Assembly: GCA_001643675.2 (NCBI GenBank)
Contig: LSRY02000033.1
Coordinates: 186,001 to 250,000, forward strand
Length of the DNA stretch: 64,000 nucleotides
Direction of reading: 5' to 3'
Origin: Monocercomonoides exilis PA203
Taxonomy: Eukaryota; Protista; Preaxostyla
Shown here: in pieces, positions 1 through 13,375 of the stretch
Position numbering within the stretch: the first letter of the stretch is position 1
Layout of the letters: every line of letters starts with the position of its first letter
Notes under the pieces: generated by a model
The model's input: the letters and a program-made list of their open reading frames with translations, nothing else
Database searches by the model: none
Told to the model about the DNA's origin: nothing
Position numbers and translations under genes: made by a program

Positions 1-220
1 CAACGAAAATAGTCATTGAAAAAGCAGCAATGTATTAAATAATGTGGTGAAATATAAATGAGAATGCTCCAAACCTGTATTTAAAAGCCGATAGCTGTCA
101 ATTAATCAAAAATAAAATGTCAAATTAAGAAACTATTTATTTATGGAACGATCAAAAATTTGATTGACCCTTACTTATATGCGCAACAAGTAACATTAAA
201 CTTTTTTTGATTTTAGCTTG

Positions 221-3200
221 ATGGAAGAAAAAGAAGAATCTGTCAAGCAATGCGGAAGGGAGCAGCAAATATTTGCTATGAATTTGATGATGGAACTTAG
301 TAATGAGTCAATGATTCGTCTGAAAGAACAATTTGAAGAAAAAGAAATTCATGTTGATGATGTATATCTCATATAATTATAATTTTGAGTTAAGCTTTCA
401 AATTTTATTTTTTCTGAATAAATTTTTTCAATTCGATAATTTTTATTTGCAATTATGACTTCATTATTTTATGTTTTAGTTTGTTGCTTTGATGGAAGAG
501 CATCTCCCTGCCAGTTTCTTTGATGTAGCATTTGTTAGAAATCTTGTGAATCTTTTTGAAGAAATTGATGTTAATGGCGATGGTGGAATGGAATGGGAAG
601 AATTTACATCTTTTATTATTGAATCTGCACTTGTCGTTCAGACTGACAAGAGAAGAAAGAAAAATGTTTGCATAACATTCTTGGAAATTACCTATATTTT
701 TTACTTTATAAATTCTTTAATTTAAGTTTAATTATGTTGCTGATGTTCAGTTAACAGACTCAATCGGTTGGATGTGGTATTCTCCTGTTCTGAAAAGAAT
801 CCTTTGTTCTGAAGACCACACTAACAATGTAATTCTCATCGATCCAGCTGTATGCTATACTAATATTATTAATTACTGAATTTCTGAATTTGAATTTTGT
901 TGCGAATATTATTTTTTCGATTTTTAAATCAGAATGGACATCAAACTCAATCTCTCAATGGACATATTGGAGTTGTGTTATGCGCCATACATATCCCTTC
1001 CAAGCATCTATTTGTGACATGTTCTTTGGATCAAACACTTGCAATTTGGGATGAAGAAACGGGTATATGCCTTCATTATCAAACTACTGTGACAAAATTG
1101 GTATGAAATTAAAGTCAAAAGAGCAAGTAATTTTTCATAAAAAATTGAGAAGTTTTTTCTTGAAGTTTTTAAAGCAAATGAATTTTTAATTACATTTTTT
1201 TTTTTGCACAATTTGTCATAAACTTTTCCAATGAAACTAATTATTTTCTTTTATATTCTTTTTCAAACCCTCTTTTTAATTAATTTCAGGAAGATGCTGT
1301 TCCTCAGTCTTGCCTGCTGTGGGACGAATCGCGAAACCAGCTGTTTAGCGGGGGAATCAATGGGCGCATAAACATTTGGTCGATCAACAGGACAGACAAA
1401 TGGGAAGTGTGTTTCAAATTGAGGGGAAAATAAAAATGTTACATAGAAAAACAATTATTGAAAGAAAGAAAGAAAGAAGAGAAGAAGTTAAAAGGAATTT
1501 TTTTTTTTTGAAACTTTCAATGTGAAGAAATCAGTCAATGATTTTTGAGCAATTTTATTTTCAAAAAAGAAAAATGTTTCACATTTTTTTTTTCACTTCA
1601 TTTGTTCTTTTCAAATCGATCATTTCTTTTTCAATTTCTTTTTTATCATTATTGTTATTGTTATCATTATCATTTCTAAAAAATGCAATTCTTTCCTCCT
1701 CCTCATTCTCCTCCCATCCCCACACCCTCCTTCCTCCCTCAGATGAACCTCATCGGCATCCTCTGTGAAGGCAAGCACAAAGTCCTCACCCCACTCGCCA
1801 TCACCTCTCAAATCGAAGGTGTCCCCCTCTCTCCTCTCCAGCGCACCCCTGCCTCTCCTCACTATCACTCACAGCGCCGCTCCACTTCTCCCAGACCCCG
1901 CTCAAATTCAGCTATGGCGTATACTTCCCCTTCTGCTTCTCCCTCTTCTCCTTTTCCTTTTCCTTTTCCCTCTTCTTCTTCTTCCTCTTCCTCCTCCTCT
2001 TCCTCTTCTTCTTCTCAATCACCTTCACTTCATTCATCTTCTGTCTCTCCTCCTTCCATTTCATCTCATTCACACCAAACACAAGCACCTTCCGTTTTTC
2101 CTCCTCAAATGCTTGCCTCTTCCTCTTCCTCATCATCATCATCATCATCTTCTTCTTCTTCTTCTTCTTCTTCTTCTTCTTCTTCTCGTTTCTCTTCTCT
2201 TTCTCCTTCTGCTTCTTCATCTGCCCCACTCACCCCTTCTTCTCTCTCAACACACAACATGCTCGAAATAAACATTCCATCTTCTTCTTCTTCTACTACT
2301 ACTACTTCTACTTCTTCTTCCTCCTCCTCCTCCTCCAATCTTGTCGGCTCTCCTTCCTCTCTCTTCACCGCCCTGCCTTCTTCTCCTTCCTTCGGCTCTT
2401 CTTTCGGCTCTTCTTTTGCCCCTTCCTTCAGCTCTAACAACAAAAACATCCCATTTCGCTCATTCCCCAGCCAGCCTCAGACTCCCATCACTCCAAACTC
2501 ACCTTCCACCCCATCAGCCAACGGACAGCTGGCGAGCTTTCTGTTGAATCCTCAGCAGTTTCAGCAGTCTTCTTCTTCTTCTTCTTCTTCTTCTTTTGCT
2601 CTTTCGAGACCTAATCAGTTGTCAGCGTACAGTCAGAACGGAGGATCTGCTTCTTCTTCTTCTCCTTATTCTTCTTCTTCCTCCTCCTCCTCTTCCTCGT
2701 CTTCTTCTTCAACGAACAAGACTCTTGTCAAATACCCTCCTCTTCCTTGTTCTTCAGATGAGGCGCTGGCTGAAGTGACAGCGAAATTTAGAGAGGTTTT
2801 AGAAACCCCACCGCCACAGGCAAGAAACAGAGGGAAAAAAGAATGGAGAAAGATGATGGTGGAGAAGAACAAGGAGATATTGATGGGAAAGAAAGGAGGG
2901 AGAGGGAGAGGAAGAGGAAAGGGGGGTGAAGATGAAAAGGATGAGAGAGAAGAAAGAGAAGGGGAAGAAATTACAGATACAGAAAGGTTTGAAAGGGATG
3001 ATGATGATGAGGAGGAAGAAGATGACGACGACGACGAAGATGAAGAAGATGAAGGAAGAAGAAGAAGAAAAAGAAAAAGAGGAAGAAGCATCAAGATTTC
3101 ATCATCATCATCATTCCAGTCTCCAACACCAACACCAACTCCTTCTGCCTTTGGCAACGACATCACACTTGAAGACGACCAGCTGTCTCTTCTCTCGCAG

Positions 3201-6200
3201 ATGACACTGCAGCGGAGCAGGATGGGCAAAGAAGGGGAAGCGAAAGGGCATACAGACCTGATATCAGCGATGGTTATACTGCCTGGAATGACCCAGATGC
3301 TGGCGTCGGCCTCTTCAGACAGCAGGGTGCTGCTGTGGGATGTGGAGAGGAGGGTGGTGAAGAACGAGCTGGCTAAGCACACGAGAGCGGTCACCGCGCT
3401 CATCTGGCACCCGGACGCGAAGCTGCTGGTGTCGGGAGGTTTGGAATGTGGAATGTGGGAAAGAGAAAAGAGAATATGAAGTTTTTATAATTTTGTTTGT
3501 TTATTGATTGGTTGATTGATATTCTGAAGAAAAACTTAAATTTTTTAGGAAAAAAATATTGTTTCAATACTTTTTTTGTTATCATTTCTCTTATTTTTTC
3601 CTTTTCATCCTATTTTGTTTGTTTCACTGCCACAATAATTCATTTTCACTCTCTTTCCCCTTCTCCATCCCCTTCTCAAGCTGCGGACACAAAGATCCAC
3701 GTGTGGAATCCCCTCCTCACACGCAACCAGCTGAGCATGACACTCAACGGCCACCGCAGCGTCGTCTCCTCTTTGTGTGCCATTCCTGACTCCTCCCGCC
3801 TCCTCTCCTTCTCCCGCGACGGGGTGATGCGACTGTGGGATTTGAGAACAGGGGCGACGCTGCAGATTGTGAGTGTGGAGCACACAACACAGCAGGCAGC
3901 GGTGAAGGCAGCGCATATGACACGCGCAGTGCAGGTTGAGTATTCAGCGGCTGTGCTGTGCAACACACTGGGAAACAGGCTGGTTGTTGGGGCGAGGAAG
4001 CTGGTTTTCTTTGACTACTACGCCGATGCGAAGACAAGTGATGCAGGAGATGACGATGATGATGACGAAGAAAGGAGGCTGGCCGAGGCTGTGGAAGAGG
4101 AGCTGGCGAAGAGCGGGCTGCTTGTGCGTGGAGGAGAGGAAGAAGACGAAGACCCTGCAGTGATTGTGTCTGGGAGCGACAGGGCAGCAGCGAGGCGGAG
4201 CCAGAGGGCGAATGTGGCGATGCGGGGGAGAGGGAGAAGTGCTCATTCATCACTGCAGATGCGGTCAGCGTTCACAAAGCTGAGGGAAAAGAAAGCAGCA
4301 GATGAGAATCCGATTGAGCACGCGACGAGAAACAATTCGGCAGTGGCAGCGTATAAGAGGGGGTTGCTTGGAGGTTCGTCATCATCATCTTCTTCTTCTT
4401 CGGGTTCTTCTTCTTCTGCTACGCCGTCGGGTGTGGTGACGTATTTGGGGAGGCCAATAGCGACGACAGCAGCAGAGAGAGAGCAGAAGAAGATGAATGC
4501 GTTGAACAGTCTGTTTGGGATGGACAAGAAGACGCTGCTGGAGAAGAGCTTGGCAGCTCATGGGGCGCTGAATGACAGGAAGAAGAAGACAACGTCGTCG
4601 AAGGTGTGGAATGTTGGAGAGAGAGAGAGAAAGAGAAAGAAAGAAAGAGAAAGAGAGAGGAATAAAATTGGCTTGTTTGTTTGTTGAAGTGTAAGATGGA
4701 AAAACAAAATAATGTATTTTTTAAGAAATTTGAAGATAAGACTATTGTTTCAATTTTTGTACCAAAAGAGTTTTCTTCTTCTATTTATTTTGCATCTTTT
4801 TTTTTATCTTTGAAATTTTCTGATTTTTCCATTCTTTTCATAATTTCTTCCTCTTTTTCAATTTTTATTTTTATTTTATATAAATTAATACTTCTTCATT
4901 ACATACCTCCCCCCCTCCCCCCCCCCTTCCTTCTTCTTCTTCTTCTTCTTCTTCTTCTTCTTCTTCTTCTCCATCAGCCCATCCGAGCCGCTGTCTACAA
5001 CGAGCTCGCCGCCACCTTCGCCCTGGCTGTTGACACACACATCCGCCTCTTTGATGGCTGGACAGGCGAACAGAACGGAGAATACGAAAGCAGCAGCGTC
5101 GTAACAGCGCTGGCAATCGATGGGCGACAGAGAAAGATGTATGTGGGCACGATAGAAGGAGATGTGGTTGTGCTGAAGTTCAACAACGGGGCGCTGATGA
5201 AGACGCTGGAGAAGCATCGGCCACAGACGACGGGGGTGGCATTGGGAGGAGGAGGAGGAAGAGAAGGAGGAAGAGAAGGAGGAGGAGGAGGCAATGAAAG
5301 TGGGAGTGGGAGTGGAGGGGGAGAAAAAGGAAGAGAAGGAGGAAGAGAAGGAGGTGAGAAAGAAAGCGGAGGGCAAAGGGATTCAAGCAATGCAACCGCA
5401 ACTGCAAACACTTCTGGACAGCAACTAAATGGCGGGGGTGAAGCTATCAATGAAAATAACAGCAATGCTAATAACAGTAATAACAATAAAGACAGTCCCT
5501 CAAAAGAGAGAGAAAGTGCAATGATTCCGCCACAGACACCGAGTGGTGCTCCGTCGGGGCTGCAGACGCATCTTTCATTGATCAACGATTTAGACGGCGA
5601 TGGCGACGAAGATAAAGGCATTCGAATGCAAAGATTGTCACGCAATGCTCCAGTGAGAAAGTCAATTATTGCTTCTGCTACTGCCTCTTCTTCTTCCTCT
5701 TCTTCTTCTTCTTCTGGTTTGAATTCTGCTCAATCAGCCTCCTCTTCCTCTTCCTCCTCCTCAGACCTAACCCTTCCCTACAACTCCTCCCAAAAAGCTA
5801 CTGTCCCTATCACCTCCATCCACTTCATCGACTCCATCGCCATGTGCCTCTCCACCTCCTGGGAGCGCCGCGCCATCCTCGCCAGCGACACCGCCTCCTC
5901 CGTCCGCTTCCTCTCCCCTCTCTCTGGCGACATCCTGTGCTCTGCTGTTTCCCCATCCCCCGAAATCTCGCTCTTCGCCCTCGGTTCCTCCGACTGCACC
6001 ATCCGCATCTTCGACGTGGAGTCTGCGCAGATCACCACACAGCTCACCTCAATCGATGAGGTGGCGGCTGTCTGCTTCGCCGGCCCGTTCCCTGTGCTCG
6101 TCTCAGGCTCCACAGACGGCTCCATTCAGCTCTGGTCAACAAAACCGTGCTCCTCCCGCACCCTCCTCGCACACTTCGTCAACATCAGCCTTCCTGTCTG

Positions 6201-9200
6201 GGTGGCAGGGCCACAGCCCAAACAATCACCTTCTTCCTCTCTTTCTCCGTTCCCTTCTCCCACTCATTCTCCGCCTATCAACCACACCTCTGCCTCTTCC
6301 ACCCCTTCAGCCACTGCCATCACCTCATCTGGTTTTCCTCACCCGCTGCAGCGCAAGTCCTCAATGTCCTATCCAAATGCTCCTGTTGCTGCTGCTGCAG
6401 TTGCTTCTTCCTCTTCCTCCTCCTCCTCTTCTTCTTCTTCTTCTTTCACTCCTTCTGCTTCTGCTGCCATTTCTCGCCACCAGTCGTTCTCAAACCACTC
6501 TCCACTCAGCACACACCAGGGCCTGGCACCTTCTCCTTCTCCTGCCCCTTCGCCTTTTCCTTCTCCTTTTCCCGCTCAATCTCCGTTTCCTGGGCAAACA
6601 ACAGCTGCTGGCACAACCTCAACCACAACAGGTTCTGTAGCGTCTTACAACATTTCATTCAAACAGCATTCTGCTTCTTCTTCTGGTTCTTCTTCACATG
6701 ATCACTCACAGCCCACTTCTTTTTCTTCCTCCTCCTCCTCTTCTTCTTCTTCAGCATCTGCCTCTTCCTCACCCACAACTGGAAAGATGCTGCAAAAACA
6801 GAAGCAGAACCATCTTTGCGAGACAAGAGTAGCCATTTCGAAGATCTGCTATGTGGAATGCTTCCGATTTGGCGATGAAGGCGAAGAAGAAGCGAAAAGC
6901 GATCTGAGGACGTTGAGGGAAGGAGAAGAGAAAGAAGGGAAAATGCCTTCACTGGAAGAGGCGCTGAAGCAGCTGGATGAAGAGGAAGAGGAAGACGAGA
7001 GGAGGAAGAAAGAGGAAGAGGACGATGATGACGATGATGATGATGATGAAGGCACAATGTGGGATAGTGAAGAGGATGGCGGGAATGATACAGCCAGCAT
7101 AAAGGGAGGAAGAGGGGGAAGAAGGGGATGCGGAGGAGGAAGTGGAAGCGAAGAAGAGCCTCCAGCGACGCCTGAGCAGAACAAGCAGATGTCAATGCAG
7201 ATGTCTACGCAGACGCAAATGAAAAGCCCCCATTCGCAAAGCAACTCCACCAGCCCAGTGAAGAGAGAGCGAGATGCTGATGAGAAGTCTGTTGAGCTGA
7301 TGAACATCGAAAGCAGCGCGAGCGGGCGGAGCCAGCGCTTTGGGGCGAGTCCCAACGGCTCTGTTTCCTCGCAGCGTCTGCAGCAGTCACGGCCATCTCC
7401 TCTCTCTTCTGCTGCTCTCCGCTCTCCCAATGCTTCTTTGTCTCCGATGTCCCGCCCGCCGCTGACTGCCACATCGACATCGTCGGGTGCCATGTCCACG
7501 TACCGAAGGAGAGGAAGGGCTGACAACACATCCAGGCTGCTGAATCCAGCGCTGGCAAACCCGTTTCTGGCTAATAGAGTGATGGGGCTGATTCCAACCA
7601 CACCCAAAACTGGGAGGTCGGAGCAAGAGAGACAGCGGGACAGAGTGAGGATGCAAGGGCACTTGATCATCGTCGGGGACGATGCGGGTTTTGTGACTGT
7701 GTACAACATATCTCAGCTGCTGCAGGCGCTAAACATGAAGCGGATGGACGATGTGATGCGCGAGAAGCGTAAGAAGCTCGACGGCAAGCCTGGGCAAGAG
7801 AGCGGTATTTCACTGTACTTCACGCCTCTTCCGAACACGTCCATTGACTCTCGCCTGCGTGACACGATGCTTGTGGGGCGGTGGAAAGCGCACAGAGGTC
7901 CGATCACGACTCTGCAGTACATCAAAAACAACGAGGCGGTGCTGACGTCATCGACCGACGGCATCTTCAGCCTGTGGTCGCTGAGAGGGTTTGTGGACTC
8001 ATCAGCACACCCGAGGAAGAGGAAAGCGGTGCCATTGGGAAGGATCACGTCGGTGGAAGGGCGGGTGTCGCTTCCGACGGAGGAGGACACGGCGGGCTGG
8101 ATGAAGATGACGAAGGAGATGAAGGAGTCGAGGAGGAAAAGAAAGGCGCTGCTGGCGATGATCCAGGCGAGGCAGAGGGAGAGAGGAGGGGATGGAGACG
8201 GGCTGATTGGGTTTGGCGATGACAGAGACGGAGAAGATGCAGCAAGTGGATTCAGTGGAGCTAGTGGGTTCGGAGGAGGTGGAGGAGGAGGAGGAGGAGG
8301 AGGGAAGAGGAGCTGGGACATGAGGAGTGGGATGACGATGATGACTGGAGCTAATCGAGGAGGAGGAGGAGGAGGGGCAGGAGGAAGTGGAACGGGGATG
8401 TGGAGGCCGCACTCAGGAAACACACAGTTCCAGTCAGTTGTGCGGGGGATTCAGTCAGTGAATAGAATGAGTGCATTGGCAGCTGCTGCAAAGAGCGGGG
8501 AAGGGGCAGAAGGAGAAAGAGGGGAGAGAGAGAGAAGAGAGAGAGACGGGCTGAGGGAGAGAGAAAGTCTGTTGGGAGAAAAAGTTGATGAGCGGCAGAG
8601 CATTCTGAGCAGAGCGACGAGGAAGACAGCAGCGACACGAGGAGGCTTTGAAAGAGGAGGAATTAGTGAAGAGTTGAAGGATGTGGGGGACGAATGGGAC
8701 GAGTTTGAGTATGCGTTTGAGGTGGAAGAAGAAGCAGACGAAGAGGAGAACGAAGAGGAAAGAGAAGGAGAAGAAGAAGGAGGGAGGTCAAAGAGAACAA
8801 ACAGAGAAGGAGGCGGTGGTGTTGCTGCAACGCGATGGAAGTCTGCCAAAAGAAGTCAGAAGAGACCAGATTCTTCGACTTCTGAGATGTCTCGCACCAG
8901 TTTGAACTCGAAAGATTCACAGAGAAAAGGAGCAAATGCAGCGACGCCTTCATCTGCTGCTTCTTCTTCTTTGCAGAGCTCAACAACTACTGCGTTGCCT
9001 CAAACAAACTCCAGTCAATCAATTTCGACCAGCTCCTCTAATCCTTCTTCATCATCCTCATCCTCATCCTCATTAACTTCAACTTCTTCTCCTACCTCCT
9101 CTTCTTCTTCTTCTTCCTCTTCCTCTTCCTCTTCCTCCTCATCATCATCCCATTCCTCTGAGTGGCTCTTCGTCCCAGTGACTGAACCCTACGAGCGAGC

Positions 9201-11244
9201 GCTGTCTGAGCGTGTGAATGCGATTCTGAATGACATCGGCGACACTCTCTTTTGGCGGCGGCTGGAGAGAGGAGGGACAGCCGGGTGCGATTTTGGCAAT
9301 GGGCTGGTTGTGGAAGGGGATCCTGCAGCACTGCTGGGCGGGGAGAAGACGGCGCTGAGCAAGAACAAGAAGAAGAAGCGGCTGGGTGAGTGGAAGAGAG
9401 GAGATGAGACCGAGCGGAAGATCCGAATGTACATAGAGATGAGCGAGAAGGGTGAGGGGGATGTGGTTAATGGCGGAAGAAGTGGGGTGAATGGGCGGAG
9501 GATGTCGTCTATAGGCGATGCTTCGTATCTTCTGCCGATTGCTTCGAAGACGTCTTCTCCGCTTATATCTTCATCAGCAGCGCCTGGCTTGCTTGATGCT
9601 ACTTCCTCTTCTTCCGCTTCTTCTTCTTCTGGTGGTGGCGGCGGTGGTAATTCAGTTATATCACGTGGTGCAAAAGGCAGTCGAGCAGGAGACGAGGACA
9701 AATCGTTCTTTCTCACCCAGACTGAAAGTGGAGCTTCGTTTGGAGAGGCAGCCATTGACGAAGGGAAAGAAAGTGAAAGCAGAGAGAATTCTTCTGCCAC
9801 CACTCAATCTTCTTTGCCTGCTCTGCCTCCGTTCGAAGAGCCTCCCAAGGCGATTTCGCCTCCGATCGGCCATTTTGCCCATCATTCGCTGAAGAACATG
9901 GGCTCGGCGTCTTCTTTGCACCCTTCCTCGCCTCTGGGAAAGGAGTCATTTTCGATGTCGCCAAGCTCCTCTTCCTCTGTTTCTGCCTCAGTTTCTGCTG
10001 CTGGCTCTGGCTACTCCACATCCATGTGCAAGTCCTCCTCTCTCCTCTCGCTCTCCTCGCCTTCTCCTTCTTCTTCTCCTTCTCCTTCTTCATCTCTTTC
10101 CTCTGCCCCAGTCACCGCCTCGCTCCGTGTGCCCCTGCTGCCCCAGCATGGACGCCTTCTCTCTCCTCTGCGCTCAGAATTGGCCTTGGCGAGTGGAGAT
10201 TGGCGAGCAGCGCCGATGATGCTGATGCCGTCGCAGCCAGCCACTCCCAATGCGATGGTGATGCTGGGAGAGCTCAGCCGGAAAGGGAGGCCGCCTCTCA
10301 TGGCACCTGGCAGCGGAGCCATCACACCCAGCAACATGCGCGCGTTCCTCTCACAGACAGGCTCGTCGTCGCTGTTTGCGTCGTCGTCTTCTTCTTCTTT
10401 CCTGCTGCCCAGCCGCTCGGGAATCAACACGCCCAGCAACCTCTCAGGCTCAATGAGCGGACTGATGACGCGGCCAGACACTGCGCAGAAGCGGAGGAAC
10501 CTGTTCCGCAGCTCTCTTCTTGGCAAGCTGAGCAAAGAGAGACCGCTTTCATCGTTAGGAGCACGCGATGCAGATGACACGAAATCGCGGATATCGTTGA
10601 GTTCTCTGTCGTCTGATGTTTCTGAGGCGCCTTCCTCTTTTCCCTTTGCGAATGGAGTAAATGGAGTGAGTGGAGTGAGAGGGGTAAGAGGTGTGAATAC
10701 TGCAAATTCTAAGCATGCATCAAAGCAAGAAATAATGCCGAGGAGAAGAGCTGTGTCTTCCTTATCAACACGCACACAGAAATATGCGTTTTCTTCAAAA
10801 GTGCCTTCGCACGTGGATCGGCTGCAGGCGGAGCGGAGGAGGCGGAAAGGGCAGCATTTTGTTGGGGGCAAAAAGGACATAGACACAACACTGCGGACGA
10901 TTGCAGCGCTGGACAGCTTGGAGAGGAGTGCGGGTATTAAGCGGGTGCTTTCGGAGCAGAAGCATTCAGCGATTCTGTCGCGCTACTCGTTGGCGGTGGA
11001 CAGCTGTGGGGATGAGGAGGATAGAGAAGGAGATGGAGAAGGAGATGGAGAAGGAGAGGGGGAAAGAGATAGAGATAGAGAAGGAAGGGTATACGATGAT
11101 ATGGATGGGAATGAGGAAATGTATGGACTTGATAATTTGTCTGATGCTGAAAGAATTAGTGTGGCAACTGATAACGACACGTGGACAGAACATTTGTCAA
11201 ATGCGTCTCGTGTTAGTAACGTCAGCTCTCGATATAAATTATAA
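221..11244 (+). CDS. EF-hand + WD40-repeat protein (WDR49/WDR64/EFCAB8-like architecture), 8 exons, ~3206 aa, with very large Ser/Glu/Gly low-complexity inserts
   Basis: Hand-built exons 221-361, 480-665, 727-849, 933-1100, 1290-1406, 1743-3438, 3681-4603 and 4978-11244. All introns are GT-AG and the frame is preserved (9621 nt in total). EF-hand loop DVNGDGGMEWEEF lies in exon 2. WD repeats include GHIGVV...SLDQTLAIWD, GHTDLI...SSDSRVLLWD, LVSGAADTKIHVWN (spanning intron 6), GHRSVV...SRDGVMRLWD and AHRGPI...STDGIFSLWS. Confidence 0.85.
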
Positions 11245-11884
11245 AATATTTTTCATATTCTTTTTTTAATTATGTTTTATTTAATTTAATTTAATTTTAT
11301 TTTGAATTATGTCTTCTGCTGAATAACAACGATTTTTGTTTGATGAAAATTTCTTTTCTTTTTTATTGTTGTTGAATTATTTGTTTTGTTTTTATTGAAA
11401 AGCAATATGTGATTATAAATTTTTTGAAATAAGCTTTTTTCTTAAATTTTTTTATTCAAAAAAATTTTTCGATAATATTTGTTCTGATAGAAATAACACA
11501 AGAAGAAACAGAAAAAATACGAATGCATTCATACAATCACAATTTCTTTTTTGATAACGAAAAAAGTTTGCGATTGAGAAAAGTTAAGTTACAATTTTTT
11601 TTTTCTTTTTTTTAAAGTATGTTTGAGTGTGTAATTCTTGTTGAAAGTTAATAAGAAAAAAAACATGAAGGAGAATTATGAAAAATCAATGGAAATCGTC
11701 ATGAAGATTTTGAGACAATTGATTGTTAAAAGAAATTTCATTGATTGAAATTATTGAAACAATTCAATTTTCATCATAATAAAAAGTTTAGAAATATGTC
11801 TATTATGCATTTCTTTGATCTTAACCTTTAGTTTCACTTACAAAAGAATTTTTTATTGTTTTTGAGCAACATTCTTGCAAAAGA

Positions 11885-12520
11885 ATGACAACAGAAGCTT
11901 ATCGCGAAGAGACTGTGAAATCTGAATGCTTCGAGATTGCAGAGCAAGATCTTCATCAAAATTCTTCGTTTCAACAAATTGACAACATTTTGATTTCGTG
12001 TACAGGATCTATTCATTCCGCAGAAATGAAACAGATAATATCCAGGATGAGCGCTTTTGTTTTTCCAATATTGGATTTGCAGCATGAACAATTGACTTCT
12101 TTGAGAAAAAGTGAGAATTCTTCGAATGATCGGTTGGAGCAAATATTACAGTTTTTTCTTTTTACGAGAACTTATGCAGGACTTTCTGTTTCTGAAATGG
12201 TACATATTTCTATTTTAATTGAAAGGCTTTGTGCAGAAGAATCATTTCGCCTCAAAAGTGGGAAAAGTACAATGATTGCTGAAGAAAGTCTTGGAACATT
12301 ATTTCTATGCGCTGTTTTAATCGTTCAAAAGCTAGAGCGAGACACTCCTTTCCGTAACAGCTGGTGGTCAAATATTTATTCAATACCTTTATTATCCTTA
12401 AATGAATCGGAGAGACTGTTTCTTAGAAGATTAAATTATGAAGTTCATGCCGATAGAGAGTTATTTTTTGTGCAACTTAGAAATGTTGGGCTATTAGAGA
12501 AATTTGGATTTAGCATTTAG
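11885..12520 (+). CDS. PHO80/cyclin P-U-like cyclin, 211 aa
   Basis: Intronless ORF. The C-terminal TLFLCAVLIVQKLERDTPFRNSWWSNIYSIPLLSLNESERLFLRRLNYEV matches the PHO80-like cyclin box pattern (L..K...D....N..W.......LN..E..FL..L.Y.L). Confidence 0.8.
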   Translation: MTTEAYREETVKSECFEIAEQDLHQNSSFQQIDNILISCTGSIHSAEMKQIISRMSAFVFPILDLQHEQLTSLRKSENSSNDRLEQILQFFLFTRTYAGLSVSEMVHISILIERLCAEESFRLKSGKSTMIAEESLGTLFLCAVLIVQKLERDTPFRNSWWSNIYSIPLLSLNESERLFLRRLNYEVHADRELFFVQLRNVGLLEKFGFSI

Positions 12521-13375
12521 ATTTTCTTGTTTATATTGTGTTGAATTGCCCTGACTTTTTTATAATTTCCACTATATTACAACTCACAGTGATGATAAGT
12601 TATTTCGTTCTTGTAAAAGCGACTAGATATTCAACTAGTCATGTGAATGAATTATTTATTTTGAGTTATTTCTTAGTTATCTTTTTTGTTGTATTTGTCT
12701 GTTTGATTATTTTATTTCAATCATATTTAGATTTTCATTTTCATTACAATAATTTTTTATTTAATTTTGTTCTTATATATTATGATCGATTATTTATATA
12801 TTTCATTAAGATTATATTCGCTTACAATGTTTTATGTATTCTTATTTCATATTTTGTGTGTGTGGGCGTGTGTGTTTTTAAATATTTACTGTTATATTTT
12901 AGGTTAAATCAACATTTATTCGTACTTTTATTAAAAAAATTTTTTTTCGAGCAAATGGTTTAACAAAGTGATGAGTGGAATTGTTAGAGTTGAAGTTAAT
13001 TTAGTAAAATATCTGTTGGAATTTGATGAAAGAAAAAATCACTTGTAATTTATTCGATTGCAAAAACTATCATTTTGAATAATTTTTGGAACAGCTTTCC
13101 CTTCTTCATTAAATTCAAATAATGCTAATGAAAAATAAGTTCATCATTTTTATCTCTTCAAAGAGATATCTTCGTATTAAACCAAATACCCTTAATAAAT
13201 AGACTTAATAATCTTGAATGGGCCAGAATTTGTCCAGTTCTTCCCGAAAGGCATGCGTTGCTGAAACTGTTTCCACTTCATTTCCCCAAGCCAACACATT
13301 GTTTGAGCTTATTTCTAAAAAAGATTTTTGAAGCACTTTGCTTTGCAAAATGAACTTTCCTTTCAAACAACAAGA

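Noticed and set aside
4681-4977. Hydrophobic poly-Leu N-terminus of the 2187-aa ORF resembling a signal or TM segment
   Set aside because: It is intron 7 (polypyrimidine tract ending CATCAG at 4977). The hydrophobic start of ORF 3497 is likewise intron 6.
1620-11269. Dozens of overlapping antisense and alternate-frame ORFs (poly-Glu, poly-Leu, poly-Lys)
   Set aside because: These are shadows of the TCT/GAA microsatellite-rich real CDS, since such repeats lack stops in other frames. The same applies within CLASP and the receptor genes.
12538-12963. 141-aa hydrophobic ORF after the cyclin
   Set aside because: T-rich 3' flank translating to F/L/I/Y, with a non-ATG start and no motif.
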